A stretch of 63,977 bases of DNA, counting the filler, from Dimargaris cristalligena (taxonomy: Eukaryota), in the NCBI GenBank assembly GCA_003614675.1. It is 3 parts of 3 records of this genome, joined end to end, with 100 filler letters (N's around TTAATTAATTAA, not from the genome) between each part and the next. Parts side by side here need not be neighbours in the genome. Positions count along the whole stretch, not along the records: positions 1 to 22,371 come from ML002634.1; 2 more parts are not named here. One strand, given 5' to 3'. The position numbers were made by a program, and so were the translations under genes. This document shows positions 1 through 11,980 of the stretch, piece by piece (the first letter of the stretch is position 1; every line of letters begins with the position of its first letter). The notes under the pieces are model-generated. The model did no database searches, was not told where the DNA came from, and worked only from the letters and a program-made list of their open reading frames with translations.

Positions 1-3000
1 CAGGGGCAGGGGCAGGGGCTCATTCACTCGTCAGGGGCGTACTTCCGATAAGTGCAAAAAATGGATTAAAAATAAAAGTAGGTAAAAAATGTGGTAAGTT
101 CACCACACCCTACTTGTATACTGGCATGATTATCCCACATTTTCACTGCCCTACCAATATATTTATCTTTGCTGACTATCTTTTTCCCCAGCTTCATAGG
201 TTTTGAATTGCAAATGGTATGCAAATTTTAATTAGGAAGAGAAACCAGTGGTAAGAACCTTAATGATAGGGATGTGAGTGCTAGTAAACTAAAGGTTCAG
301 GGAGCATCACCCATACACTTTTGTACGACCCATAACTGACATCTAAAGGCATTGAGAGGGCCAGAAGAATTACATAAAACCTCAAAGAATAATGTATACA
401 TGAGCCAGTCATCAACTGGATATAGTGATAAGGAGGGGTTTTTAGCAAGGAGTCCCTGGTCGGGTCAAGGGAGGCTGTAAGATACTCTGGTTATCTGGCA
501 TATTGTCTGGGGCTATAGTCACAGCAGTGTTGGTGGACTCCAATGGGGCTGGGTCACTTTGGTGACTGGAGTTAAGCCCTGCCATGACTGTGGATGCAGC
601 AGTGGAATATGTGGAATAGGACCATTAACCATGAATGGAAGGCCATATTGAAAATGGACAAATAGGATAATGTTGGTGTACCTGGTTTTTAGCTAGCAGG
701 GAAAAGCATTATTATTCATGGAATGAATGTATCACCAAATGGATGAGAAGTACTATTGTTGATAAAAGAGCCACCCCATCTTCAAGGAAAAGGCTGGGGT
801 CTGTTAATAGGATATGTAAAACCACAATACCAGTGGTACTTGTAATTGAATTGGATTGAATTAGAAGGGGGGATACTATACAAGGGAAACCCAATGAGGA
901 AATACTGTTATACTGGACAATGTTAAAAATTAGCTTCACCAATGCCCTCATTAATTTTTTTTTTTCTTGTAAGGGAAGCCCCTACTCCCCATCTAATACA
1001 CCTGTTTTTTCTGGGTGAGGTGATATACCCATGGAAATATATAAATACACATGCCCCCCCCCCAGAATGTTCAAATATAAGTTTAAAGCCATATATCTGC
1101 TAAATATGATGCTAAAAATGATTTTCTATATTAAGGGCAAGGATTGGCCCAGTAGGGATTACCCTACAGCCGATCCTAAGGCACCCATCATAAAACCCAT
1201 CCATTGGGTTTTACAAAAAGTAAGTTCACATTTTTATATATATATACATATTCCGAATATATTTACCACAGTACAACCACCCACCCCTTATATACCACAC
1301 CATTGGTACCACTTACACTGCTGTTTTGCAGTTGTAATAATTAGTGCCTATATTGCAGCTGGTAAAAGAGTGGATGAAAGGAAGGCTGTGGCAGTGGCGC
1401 TTTGCTTCCTTGCTGTTATGCCAGTTCTTTTTTTCACTGCCACTACAACCAAGTGCGAGTTCCCAAGGTGGTTTAGGATTTAAGTGTATAATGGCTTCTA
1501 GCTAATGATGTTTTATTTTTTCTGTATATTGAATATCCCTCCCTGTTTAGATCAAGAATGTATTTAGGTCTCGGAAATAATTGACCCTACAGTGTGCCAG
1601 CAACAGGGCCTCACCACCTTCCCACCTGGCCCAGGCTGCGTCAATTATAAAAGCAAGCCCCAGAGTATGACTTACAAGTCACTCTTTCCCCATCACTTTC
1701 CCTCCTGGACCCAGCACGCCATCACTTAATATTCTCAGGGGATGTTTCTTGGGCTTACCTATTTGCCATCCATTTGACTTCGCTAGCTGCTGCTTTACCC
1801 ATATCCTCTCCCGGGGGCATAGCTTCCCTTTCCATGCAATACCCCCAACCTCCAACTGTCACCTGCTATTTCCATCAAGTAATTGGAAATCGCCACCCCC
1901 CGTGCCACTACTCTGGGTAATATCTCCTACATTCCCCAACATTGTTCCCCATCCACTACCCTTTTTGCGATTTGTATAGCTATTTTTGATACTATATCAC
2001 CGGGGGTCCCCAATGCTGACCCATCGGCCCATGTAATGGAGGAAAAATTGGTCTACTCCAGGTACTGGCCCCTTTAATGACTACTTTAAACCCCGATGAC
2101 ACTACAGAAGTGTAAGTTAAGGCCAACTGTGTTGAAACAACAACTGGGACTGTACCGTCGGGGTTGTCCAATATCGGACCAGATAGCCGACCAAGCTACT
2201 ACGGACCCCTATCACACCCTGACCCCCGGTACATCTTGAGGGCACACCAGGGGTACAAATGTGGATAGCCACGGCATAATGGCACCACATTCATCACCGG
2301 CAAGCCCTGCTCGAACATACCGGTACATAATTTCTAGGGCCCCCAATAGGGCGTAGCACATCCTCGGACCAGTAAACCAGTGAGACCAGCCAATTAATAC
2401 AATTCCTCTTAGCCGGAAATCAAAAGGGACTCCAGTATAAAAAGAACCAGCTAAGTTGCTCGAAGGTGGTTTCATATATGCTTATTTTCCTACTCAATAA
2501 ATTACTATTTGACGCTCACCAGTTAGTTCATTCCTTTCTAGTTTATTAATAAACTGCTTATTACACTATATATTATATTCCTATACTCAAATACACTCGA
2601 TATTAATACCCACTCTCATAAGGACGCAATGCCTATGTCACCACCCGACATGTGCTGAACTCATGGGGCAACACCTTGCCGCTCTTGGCCAATACTCTAT
2701 ATATATACTGCCGGGGGTCCTTAAGTCCCTAGCAAAAAAAGGTATGGGTAGCTTGCCCCGATATGGTCCCATAGATGACTATTTCTCTCATCTGGTTGCA
2801 TATTTCCATATACTCATTAATCCTACCCAGTTCTCTTACTATATTGAATAAATATAAACTCGCTACCATTAATGTTTGCCTATAGTCGCTACTAACTCTA
2901 TTATTCATCCCACTGATTGGGCTCTCGATAATAGGGTGGTGTCTTTATGGTGAGCCTGTAAGAAAGGCATTGGCTAATAGACATAGTGCTGTGATACTTC

Positions 3001-3544
3001 GTGTTCTTTTAGTGTCTAGACCAAGGTAGCTATTAAATCAATTTTCATACTTTTTATTTGAAATATAAAATTGGACTTTACTTGGCGAATGTCAGAATAT
3101 TTTAATAGCACTTTCAAACAGAAATGTCATATTACAATATAAACACCCCATTTGTAAGTATACAGGGAGGGGAAAATGTTAATCCAAGCTGAATTCAAAA
3201 GTTAGTTGTAAAAATACTATGGTGGTGATGTAAGAGAAGTTGGACAATTTCTAATACCTGATGTTTGTTTATTTATGGAATAATGTATCAACTACAAGAG
3301 CAAACCAGAATATAATTTGGTGTACAATTACAAGCCTGAAAGACTACAATCAAATGTGATGACTTTATACATACTTTCAACAACAGATAAGATTTTTTTT
3401 AGTTTATAGTTGAATGGGTGGCCTCATATCCAATTTCCTTAAAATATTAACACTTTCTACATCTTATTTACAGTATTGCCTGTTGCAGTGGATTCATGAC
3501 TATGATACACCCCTATATTTACCTACTGACAATATTTTTGAATG

Positions 3545-4880
3545 TTGGCCCACCTAATCCTCCCTAAATATGGGAATACTGATTGTCCTGTCCAATCTTG
3601 CCTTATTGCACCATATTCCTCTTCTCTTGCTATATAACCCACTATGACTGGGCCCCAATGCTTCTCATGCAATACTCCACCAGCTGATCCAATATTCCCC
3701 TGTTCTTAGTGGAGTCTTCCAGACGCAAGCCCCCCAGTTGAGGCCCTGACCCTTGACTCTTCTTTAGTCATCCCATTGCTCTTAAGGACCTCTCATTATA
3801 AGTAGTCCCCATATATAAATAACTGGGCCCCTCTGGGACTGGTTCAGTTCCTTAGCTTATTTCTTACCCCCATAGTTTACCCCAATAAACTCATTATACA
3901 CTCACCCATTGTATTAGCCAGTAAGTATACCTGCTGCAAGTCCCTTGCATTAGCCAACACTCCTCCTTTATTGGTTAGTACCAACCCCTCCCTAATGCTA
4001 GTAGCCCACTTAGCTGAGCCTAAGCCCCACCTACCATTAGAAGCCTATCCCCGGGACTCTTGACAGACTAAGAGTAGTTAACCCAGGTGATATTGAATTT
4101 TTTAGCTTTAATCCCTGCCCTAGAAATTAATACTGATATTTACCTTTGGATATAGTGTTGTCTCTATAGTCCTGGGAATGCTAATATTCTTAATAAAATA
4201 CATAGATATAAGTAATGTAATGATATTGACATAGATATATGAAGTTGTGAATTGATTAAGTAAATATAGCCAGAAAACTCCCTATTACTTGGGCTAACTA
4301 CTCTTAGTCCATCAAGATTCCCAAGGATAGGCTTCTAATGGTAGACAGGGCTCAGGCTTAGCTAATTGGGTTATGGTATTAGGTTGGGGGCACAATACTA
4401 ACTAATAAAGGCTACTAGATACAGGTATAAGCAAGGGACATGCAGCAAGTACACTTATGAGTTAATATGAGGGAGGTGAGCATATATATAGTTTATTGGG
4501 ATAAATTAGGGGGTATGCATAGGCTGAAGAATCAAACCAGTTCCAGTAGGGCCTAGTTATATATATGCAGGGATGACTCTAGAGGGAGGTCCCCAGAGAA
4601 GGTACTACTAAGACTTGGTAAGATAAATGGGCCAACTGGACAGCCATAAGGACTTGGAAGACTCTGATAGTAGCCGGAAGAGTCCTCAGATTAGCACTGG
4701 AGTGATTAGTGTAAATGCAGCAAGGAATCTGGAAGGGGAATGGTTATTTGATATAGGGTATTCCCATAGTACCAGGGGTGACCATAGGATGGTTAATATG
4801 ATGCTATAAGGCCTAATGGAGACAGATGGTAGTGTGTCAGGATTAAGTTAGATTAGAAGGTCTGACACAGAGGTTACTAG
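3545..4880. repeat. Long degenerate inverted repeat (arms ~3545-4110 and ~4265-4880, AT-rich spacer); probable decayed transposon copies
   Basis: CCATTAGAAGCCTATCCCCGGGACTCTTGACAGACTAAGAGTAGTTAACCCAGG (~4034-4087) is the near reverse complement of CTTGGGCTAACTACTCTTAGTCCATCAAGATTCCCAAGGATAGGCTTCTAATGG (~4288-4341). Further blocks match outward, e.g. TGCTGCAAGTCCCTTGC / GCAAGGGACATGCAGCA and CCCAATAAAC / GTTTATTGGG. Outer boundaries are approximate. Confidence 0.85.
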
Positions 4881-6834
4881 GGAAAGATGTAATATTTGTA
4901 ATGTAAAATAGGCTTGATAGAGTGTATTGACTAATTATACAACATCATTATTTCTTAGTCAGATTTCATTGTTACTGTGATATACTATCTTGAATCTGCT
5001 AAGAGGCAATGCAGATTGGCTTCTATTGGGTATAACACCAGGAGTACTCACAGCTAACAAACCCCACTAAATAGGTAGGGGGGGAGATTGTGGTGATAAG
5101 GCCTCACTACATTACCTCCTTGGTAACTGTCCAGGTTAAGGATCTCAGGTCAGGGACCATCAAGTGGATATTTTTGGCTGTCAGGTTTGACTTAAGCCCA
5201 GTCTTATCAATATCTAACTTTTGGGTATTTGTTTATTTTTAATATTTATGCCTCATTTTTAGTGCCAATTTAAGTGAAATGTATGTACTGAACCCTTGTA
5301 TTAGTCCAACCTGTACACTGGTGCTAGGCTCTGAGGAAATTTTGCATTGACTGGTGTCTCCAATACTGCTCCAACCCCAGTCTAACAAATAAACTAATTA
5401 CAATGTATATGTGGTGCCGTGAGAATCAATGGTGATGGCACACACAGATGATCCGGCTGATAACGAATGAAATGGTTGTCTAATTCCCGATTTGTGTCGA
5501 TATTAATCTAATGACGATGAATTTATCGAAGTCGGTGCTCTAAAATCATGTACTCATTCATTATAATATATGTTTATTATTTTGTTTTATTTGAATAAGG
5601 CATTGCATTTTTGTTTGATGAAAGCCATCACTGATCCCAAGACAAAAGGAATTGACCTTTGTCAAAGGAAAAGTCTTTTAGCGGTCAGATAAATTGAGAA
5701 AATAATACGTCATTGGTTTGTTCGATGGGCGGATAGAGAGACTGGGGAGGATACATAAACCCGGTGATATCCTACCGTTTCGAGAAGGAGTTCAGCATTA
5801 TCATTTTTCCAAGAAAAACACCACCATTACTACTCTCGTATTTCTATCTTTAATAAAAAAAACCACTTCTTTATGATGTCTTCAGATGACGGGGCGAAAG
5901 CACGGGCCGGTGCCGCAATCGAAGAACCTTCTAACACCACGTGCGGTGATAAGGGGAGTGGGATCCCTACAGTCACCAAACACAACATATATCCCCATTT
6001 CACGTGGGACCAGTCCCACAAGCCGATGCATGCACCGGTTTGATGTAGGGCATTTATATAGGATTTCTTACTGTGGGTATCCAACTGATCTTTACCGTCC
6101 TTATCTAGGGGAGGAGTTAGTCTCTCAATGAAGGTTTACCTGAGAAGAGGCTCGCTGACAATCCCGCCTGGATGTTCATCTGCTGAACATTAGTGAACCC
6201 GACTTGGGTTCCAATTTTTGACAGGCCTATGTTAATAGGCCTTCCAATATCCCCTACACACTCTCTTTACGATGGTTATGTTGCCATGACTCTATCCATA
6301 TATTTTATTCGACGCACTATATTAATTTTAAACAAAAAAGCACTTTTATATTCATGTAATAATTAATAAGGGAATAGTTACCACAGTAATGTAATTGGGA
6401 ATTGAGACTTTATGCATCAAAGGGTATTCAGTGGTAAGTTCAATAATACAACAATCCGATTGACTAGAACTACAGAACCATAATAGCCGATTTAGGTAAT
6501 ATTCCTTGAATTATCTTATCAGGTGATATCGCGTAGTAAAACATGATGCAATTTTCTAGTTTACACTGTTTGGGGTACCCCGTCTATGCGCGAAACCATT
6601 TGGAGAAGATATTCGTCACCTAAAAACAACATCATATTATTATACCGAAGAAAAAATTGATTAGTGGTCGATAAACTGACATGTATATAAGTTGGTGCAG
6701 TTTCAAATCTACTTACTGATCACAAATTGAGGGACTAGCGCCAATACCACTTTAAACCAAGAATTATCCGATATTGTTCAGTGCGTCAAAGAAGTACCAA
6801 GACTTCCAAAAAAACGCAGTTCTTGATTAGCAAA

Positions 6835-9800
6835 TCAATTGGACTTACGGTGCGAATGCGTTGGGCCCAAGTCGCCTAATGCCGAACTCGAATCAAGATC
6901 ACGTTCTTCATCCGTGTCCCTCCGCATGGCCAATAGTCGGTGTAAACTATCCCGGGCGTTTTCCGCAACCGCGGCCACAGTAAGCGGGCCATCTCGGAAA
7001 GGACCGTCCCAGCCGCAATAGAGCACCAGCCGGGCGTACAGGATATTCCGAGCTTCACTGTCCACCAACATCGCCCGGCGATAATGCTGTTCTTCCCAGG
7101 TGAGGTGATGGAAAGCCAGGGACGCCATGACTTGGCACATTTCAAGAAAATGAAAAGTGGCGAGATGGGGAAGTAGCTCCCGCTGCGATTTGATGGATGA
7201 CGAACAGGTGGCGGCGGCAGCAGGGATCGCGGGTGCCTCAGGAAGGTAGGCGAATGGACTCGCTGGCCACTCGGATTGATAGCTTAGGGGATCAGGCCAA
7301 ACGGTGACCACATTACTGAGAATGGTGATGACGGCCTCGGGGGATGTAGTGCAGCGGAACAAATCATAGACCAACACCCGAACACGCTCAGTACTGTTGA
7401 TAAGACGGCAAAGTGCGGCAAATACTCGAGTCAAGGAACTGGTATTTAAAGAGGCGATAAGCGTATTTATAGATACATAGTTTCATGAGTAAATGGATAG
7501 TACACATACACGGGGATGCATTTCTTTGGGTGCTTAGAAGCTGTTCACCCCTGGCGATATTTAGACTGGTTCTCATTAATCATAACAAACATGGAAGAAC
7601 AGGCGAGAGGTAAAGTAGATCTACCCACCCTCACTTCCACTATAGTACAGTACATGTAAAGTTCCTCGTCGGGAGAAGACATTGTAATAAACATGGTTCG
7701 CTATAGCCGGGACTTACCATATATACCCCAAACTGGATTCATCCACTGGGGTAAGTAGAGTTTCTTGACTAGTCCAATTGAGAAAGTCGTCCACCACTTG
7801 GTGTTGTTGGTGTCGCCAGGCCAATATCCACATCAGAACAACCACATGGCGCTCAGCGGCGGTTAGACTAGTACTGATTTCCACTGGGTAAACCGATTTC
7901 ATAAATTCCTGCAAATAAGGAATGGGCTCAATCGGCGGAGTCGGCCGCGGGGTCCAACGGTTACTGCCGTGGGGGGAAGTGACAGTACTCGTAGTGAGCC
8001 GCGTAGTCCACTTGAGAGCTGCGGCTGTATGACTCTGAACGCAATTGATTTCGCCCAGACAGGCCCCCACAAAAGTTCCAGTTGGCAAATTGGAGTAGAT
8101 GTAGTCTTTGATGCGATCATTAAGTTTTCGACCGAGGATACGTTGGTTAGGTCGGATATCGGCCGCAAGCAGGCCGAGATGGAGAACGGGGCCAGATAAC
8201 TTAAGGCAGCATGCTAGTTTGTGGGTGACTGGAAAGTAAAGAAGCAATCAAAGAAGGAGATACATAAATAAATGAGTAGATAGAATACACGCCAGAGTAG
8301 TTATATAGAAAAAATATATTTTGTTTAGTAAAAAAAAACGTACGTAGGTCCCGGGCTTCTCGGGTAATACCATTATAGTCGACCAAAAGAAGTCCACCAA
8401 ACACAAATTTTATTGAACTAAAAATATCAATGTATTTCAGGATGCCATGGTCAGCTAGTGGTGGAAAAATGTAAATGACCGATCGGTTATCAAATTGAGA
8501 GGACTTACATAAAGATGCCGTGGTGGGTTCCTGCAATAGGTTAGCAAGATTCTCGACCCCAGGGTTCTCCGCACCGGAGCGAGCCTCCCAAGTGATTGGG
8601 CTCGGCGATGATGGTACGGGGCTGGGTTCTGGACTTTGGCGCGACGCGAGGGATGAGGAAAGAGATACAAGGGGTACCAGTGTCGATTCCGTAATTGCAA
8701 TTGGGATGGTCAGGGTAACTGGCGGTGCCGTAAGAGGTGTTGACAACGGCAAGGGTACTGTAGTGGTTGATATCCCTCCGTTGGGTGACCATGATTCGGG
8801 AGCAGTCGGGTGTTGGCGGTTATCAAACCATTCCAGATCGATTAAGTCATCGCTAGGTGGAGCAGGCGAAACAATATTTATGGACATCTGGGATGATAGT
8901 GGACGATGGGGGCCGTATTCCCTGCCACCCTCTAACATCAAAATCTCCGCTGTCTCTTCGACATATTGCTTATTCACTTCCACGCCGGCGTACGCCCCCA
9001 CGTTGGTAGCGATGGATACGATTTTCGCTTTCTTATTTATATTTTCCTTGGGGGCTGAAGCTACCTCGTCGATGGGGGAAGTAGTAAGGGAGGGTGGTAA
9101 AAGAGGCAACAGCCCTGGTGGTGCTGAGTGTCCAATATCTACAGTCATAACCGGGGCTACACTTTGGGTAACCGATAGACGACGCTTTCGAGAAGGCTGG
9201 ACGGCGGATTTAGAGTCAGAGATGGAAGTGGACAGAGCGTTTGCGATGCTTGATGGCTGTACTTGAGTGGTTTGGGATAGTGTGGATATGGGGTGAGCAG
9301 GCGGTTGGTTGAATGGAGCCGATAAGGATTGAGGGGTCTTTAGGGGGTACGTATATAGTGTGTAAATCGAATCAAATCGCGTTCAAGCCAAGTATAACCA
9401 AACTTTAAAGGCATGGAATCTAGACAACGAAATAGGGAAACAGGGCATGATAGCATCTAGGAATAAAACATGTTTGGGACCCAGGCATGTATAGACAGCC
9501 CGCGGGTGGGGAATATCGCTTACCTTTACCGAAGTGGTAGCCGACCTTTTGAAATCAAAAATCTGGACCTGTTGATATTTGATAAGATCTAGCAATGCAG
9601 CGTTTTCTTTTTGTAGTCGGTCAAGGTCCCGCTGTATTTCCGTCTGAACACCCATGGATTGGGCTGATAAGGATGGGCCTTCGACCACAAGGACTGAACC
9701 CCGCCGATTCTCCAGGGATTGTTCATTGAGTGGGTGTCGAAGGTAGTCAACCTCCCACTGCAAGTCGGCGATCTGGTCATTTAATTGATGAATGGTTTGG

Positions 9801-10954
9801 TCCTTTTGGTCCAGCTGGGTTTGGATCTTGGGCAGCTCGTCATCGCAATGGCACGACTGGGTCGTCGGTATTTGAACCACTTCATTGGAAACGGATTTTG
9901 AACCCTCGAGGGGTTCCGTTGGCTCGAGCATCGCAAGCGTAACTGTCGCTGAGGCCTCCTGAATCTGGGACAATTGGCGAATCTGTTCATCCAATTGAGC
10001 ACGTTGGTCAGTCCAAAGTAGTTGGGATTGAGTTAGCTCGTCCTGCACCTGCTGCCGCTGCTGTTGGGTAGCTTGCAGCTCAGCTGTGAGTACGTCAAAC
10101 CGACCCTGCAATTCAGTCTGTGCCGCTGACCGTTGCTGATGAGCGGCCTGGAGTTGGGTCGTGAGGCTGTTCACTAGGCCCTGTAGGTCGAGTTGGTAGG
10201 TCTGTAGTGCAAGAGAGGCTTCCTGCTGGGATTTCAGTTGGGCCTGCACGTGGGCCAACTCCCGTTCCTTGGATAGTCCACGGGTCACGATGCTCTGATA
10301 GTCCGCCTGCTTGTCTTTGAGGGCCCGCCGGACTCCGGTGAGTTGGGCCTCCAGTTGTGCCAATTGGTCAGCCAGTTGATCGGCGCGTCGTTGCTCCTGC
10401 TGCCACTCCGTTTTGTAATTTACGGCAGCGCGGCTCCTTATGAGAGCCAAATCCATTTCCTCATTGGCGAGGAACTGTTCAAACTTGGCGACTTTCTGCT
10501 CTAGACGGCGTTTCTCGGTCCGGGATTTCTCTAGTTCCATCAATTCGGGGGGCTTAAAACCGGATATGGCAAGGTAACCACCTCTTGCTTCTTCTCCGAC
10601 ATTTGAGCCGTACCTGGAGGAGCCCTGCATCCGCCCCAGGGCCTCACGCCGCTTCACTTCGTCGGCATGGGCGACCCGGAGGGTGGTAACGGCAAGTCGG
10701 TGCTGAGCGGTTTCGGCCTGGATTTGGCCGAACTTAATCTGCAGAGCCTGCAGTTCGGACTGGCATTGATTGTATTTGCCCTGCAAAGTATGGTATTCCT
10801 TGACCTGACCTTCGAATAAGGCAATGACTTTGTGGCTGTTGATGATACGCTCCTTAACCCGGCGGACATTCCTGGTGGCCTTTGTGGTCACGGAGGCGCA
10901 GGGGGTACTGCTTCCACTGGGCTGTGCTGAGAGCGCTTTGGATGGGTCGGCCAT
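6835..10954 (-). CDS. Large 5-exon protein (~1161 aa): N-terminal coiled coil, Ser/Pro/Thr-rich middle, helical C-terminal domain resembling ICE1 (little elongation complex subunit 1)
   Basis: Four ORF-track ORFs join in frame through GT-AG introns. Exons 10954-9524, 9337-8509, 8454-8344, 8228-7718 and 7438-6835 sum to 3486 nt with compatible phases. The C-terminal motif is RVFAALCRLINSTERVRVLVYDLF...VWPD. The family call rests on recalled similarity only. Confidence 0.7.
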
Positions 10955-11980
10955 GGTTTACAAGTAAAGGCCGGGGGAGTGAGAGCACTCGCTAGTTACA
11001 GGAGCCGGCCACGCCGACTGCTGGTCTATAGGTATGTGAGTGAATAGCAAGGGGCTGGGTCCGGGAAATGGCGTGACAGTTTAATTAGGCCGAGCAGCGG
11101 ATTCTTTTTACAGTTGCACAGAACGGTACAAGAAGAGGAAAACAGCACTTAGGGGTGCGGAGGATAACCAAAGGCGAACAGTATAAACTATGCTCTACGG
11201 CGAAGGCACTACACGCCTTAGACTGACGAACTAAATGCCGAATAAAACAAAAGGGATAGTTGCAAGAGATAAAGGACCCTAGGTGCTGTATGGAAGGAGA
11301 TACTGACTCAAGCAGTCCAAGCCGCCCTGAGGGGGACTATTGCCAGTGAGTGTGAAGGCCTCAACCACACCCTGTCATGCCCCACTCCCATCGTTCGGCT
11401 GTGTTGTTTTGGGGGGGAACCAGGTCACAAATAATAAGAACCCTTAATAAGGAAATCGTGGAGACGATAAACGGACTGGGAAACTGATTGTAGTTTCTGC
11501 GGCAAAGCCTTTCCCACCAACATTCCTTTCCGGGAACATTCCCAACTACGTGAGTGTGAGTGCAGGTCTTCTGATCCTAACCCTGCCGACACCTCACATC
11601 AGAGACCTCTATCCACTGTTGCTTTCCACTCCCCTATTTTATCCACAATGTAATCTATCGAGTCAACCGCCAATATCCTTGCTGCCGGCATCGCCCTTGG
11701 CCACCTACCCCTCTATGGCATTTCCCCACTCTATAATTCTAGTAATCCAACCCATGCCCATATACTCCGCCGTATGTTTAGCAGAACGCCTCTGGGCCAG
11801 ATAATTCTACATACTAGCCCTAGAGGTAAATCAAAAGGCCGTGTGTTGTACTCCAGTTATGGATTGGCATTTAAATATATGTCGTGTATAGCAATCTGGT
11901 TGAAGCACAGTAAATAAAAATCAGTTTATATTGAATCCCGTACACCAAATTAATCACGATTTTAGTAAGCACATCGAGGG

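Noticed and set aside
2111-2565. LTR-like segment TGTAA...TTACA with TATAAAA and AATAAA
   Set aside because: The flanks show no target-site duplication and there is no second copy in the window.
8520-9266. 248-aa plus-strand ORF
   Set aside because: Antisense to the low-complexity exon 2 of the 6835-10954 gene.
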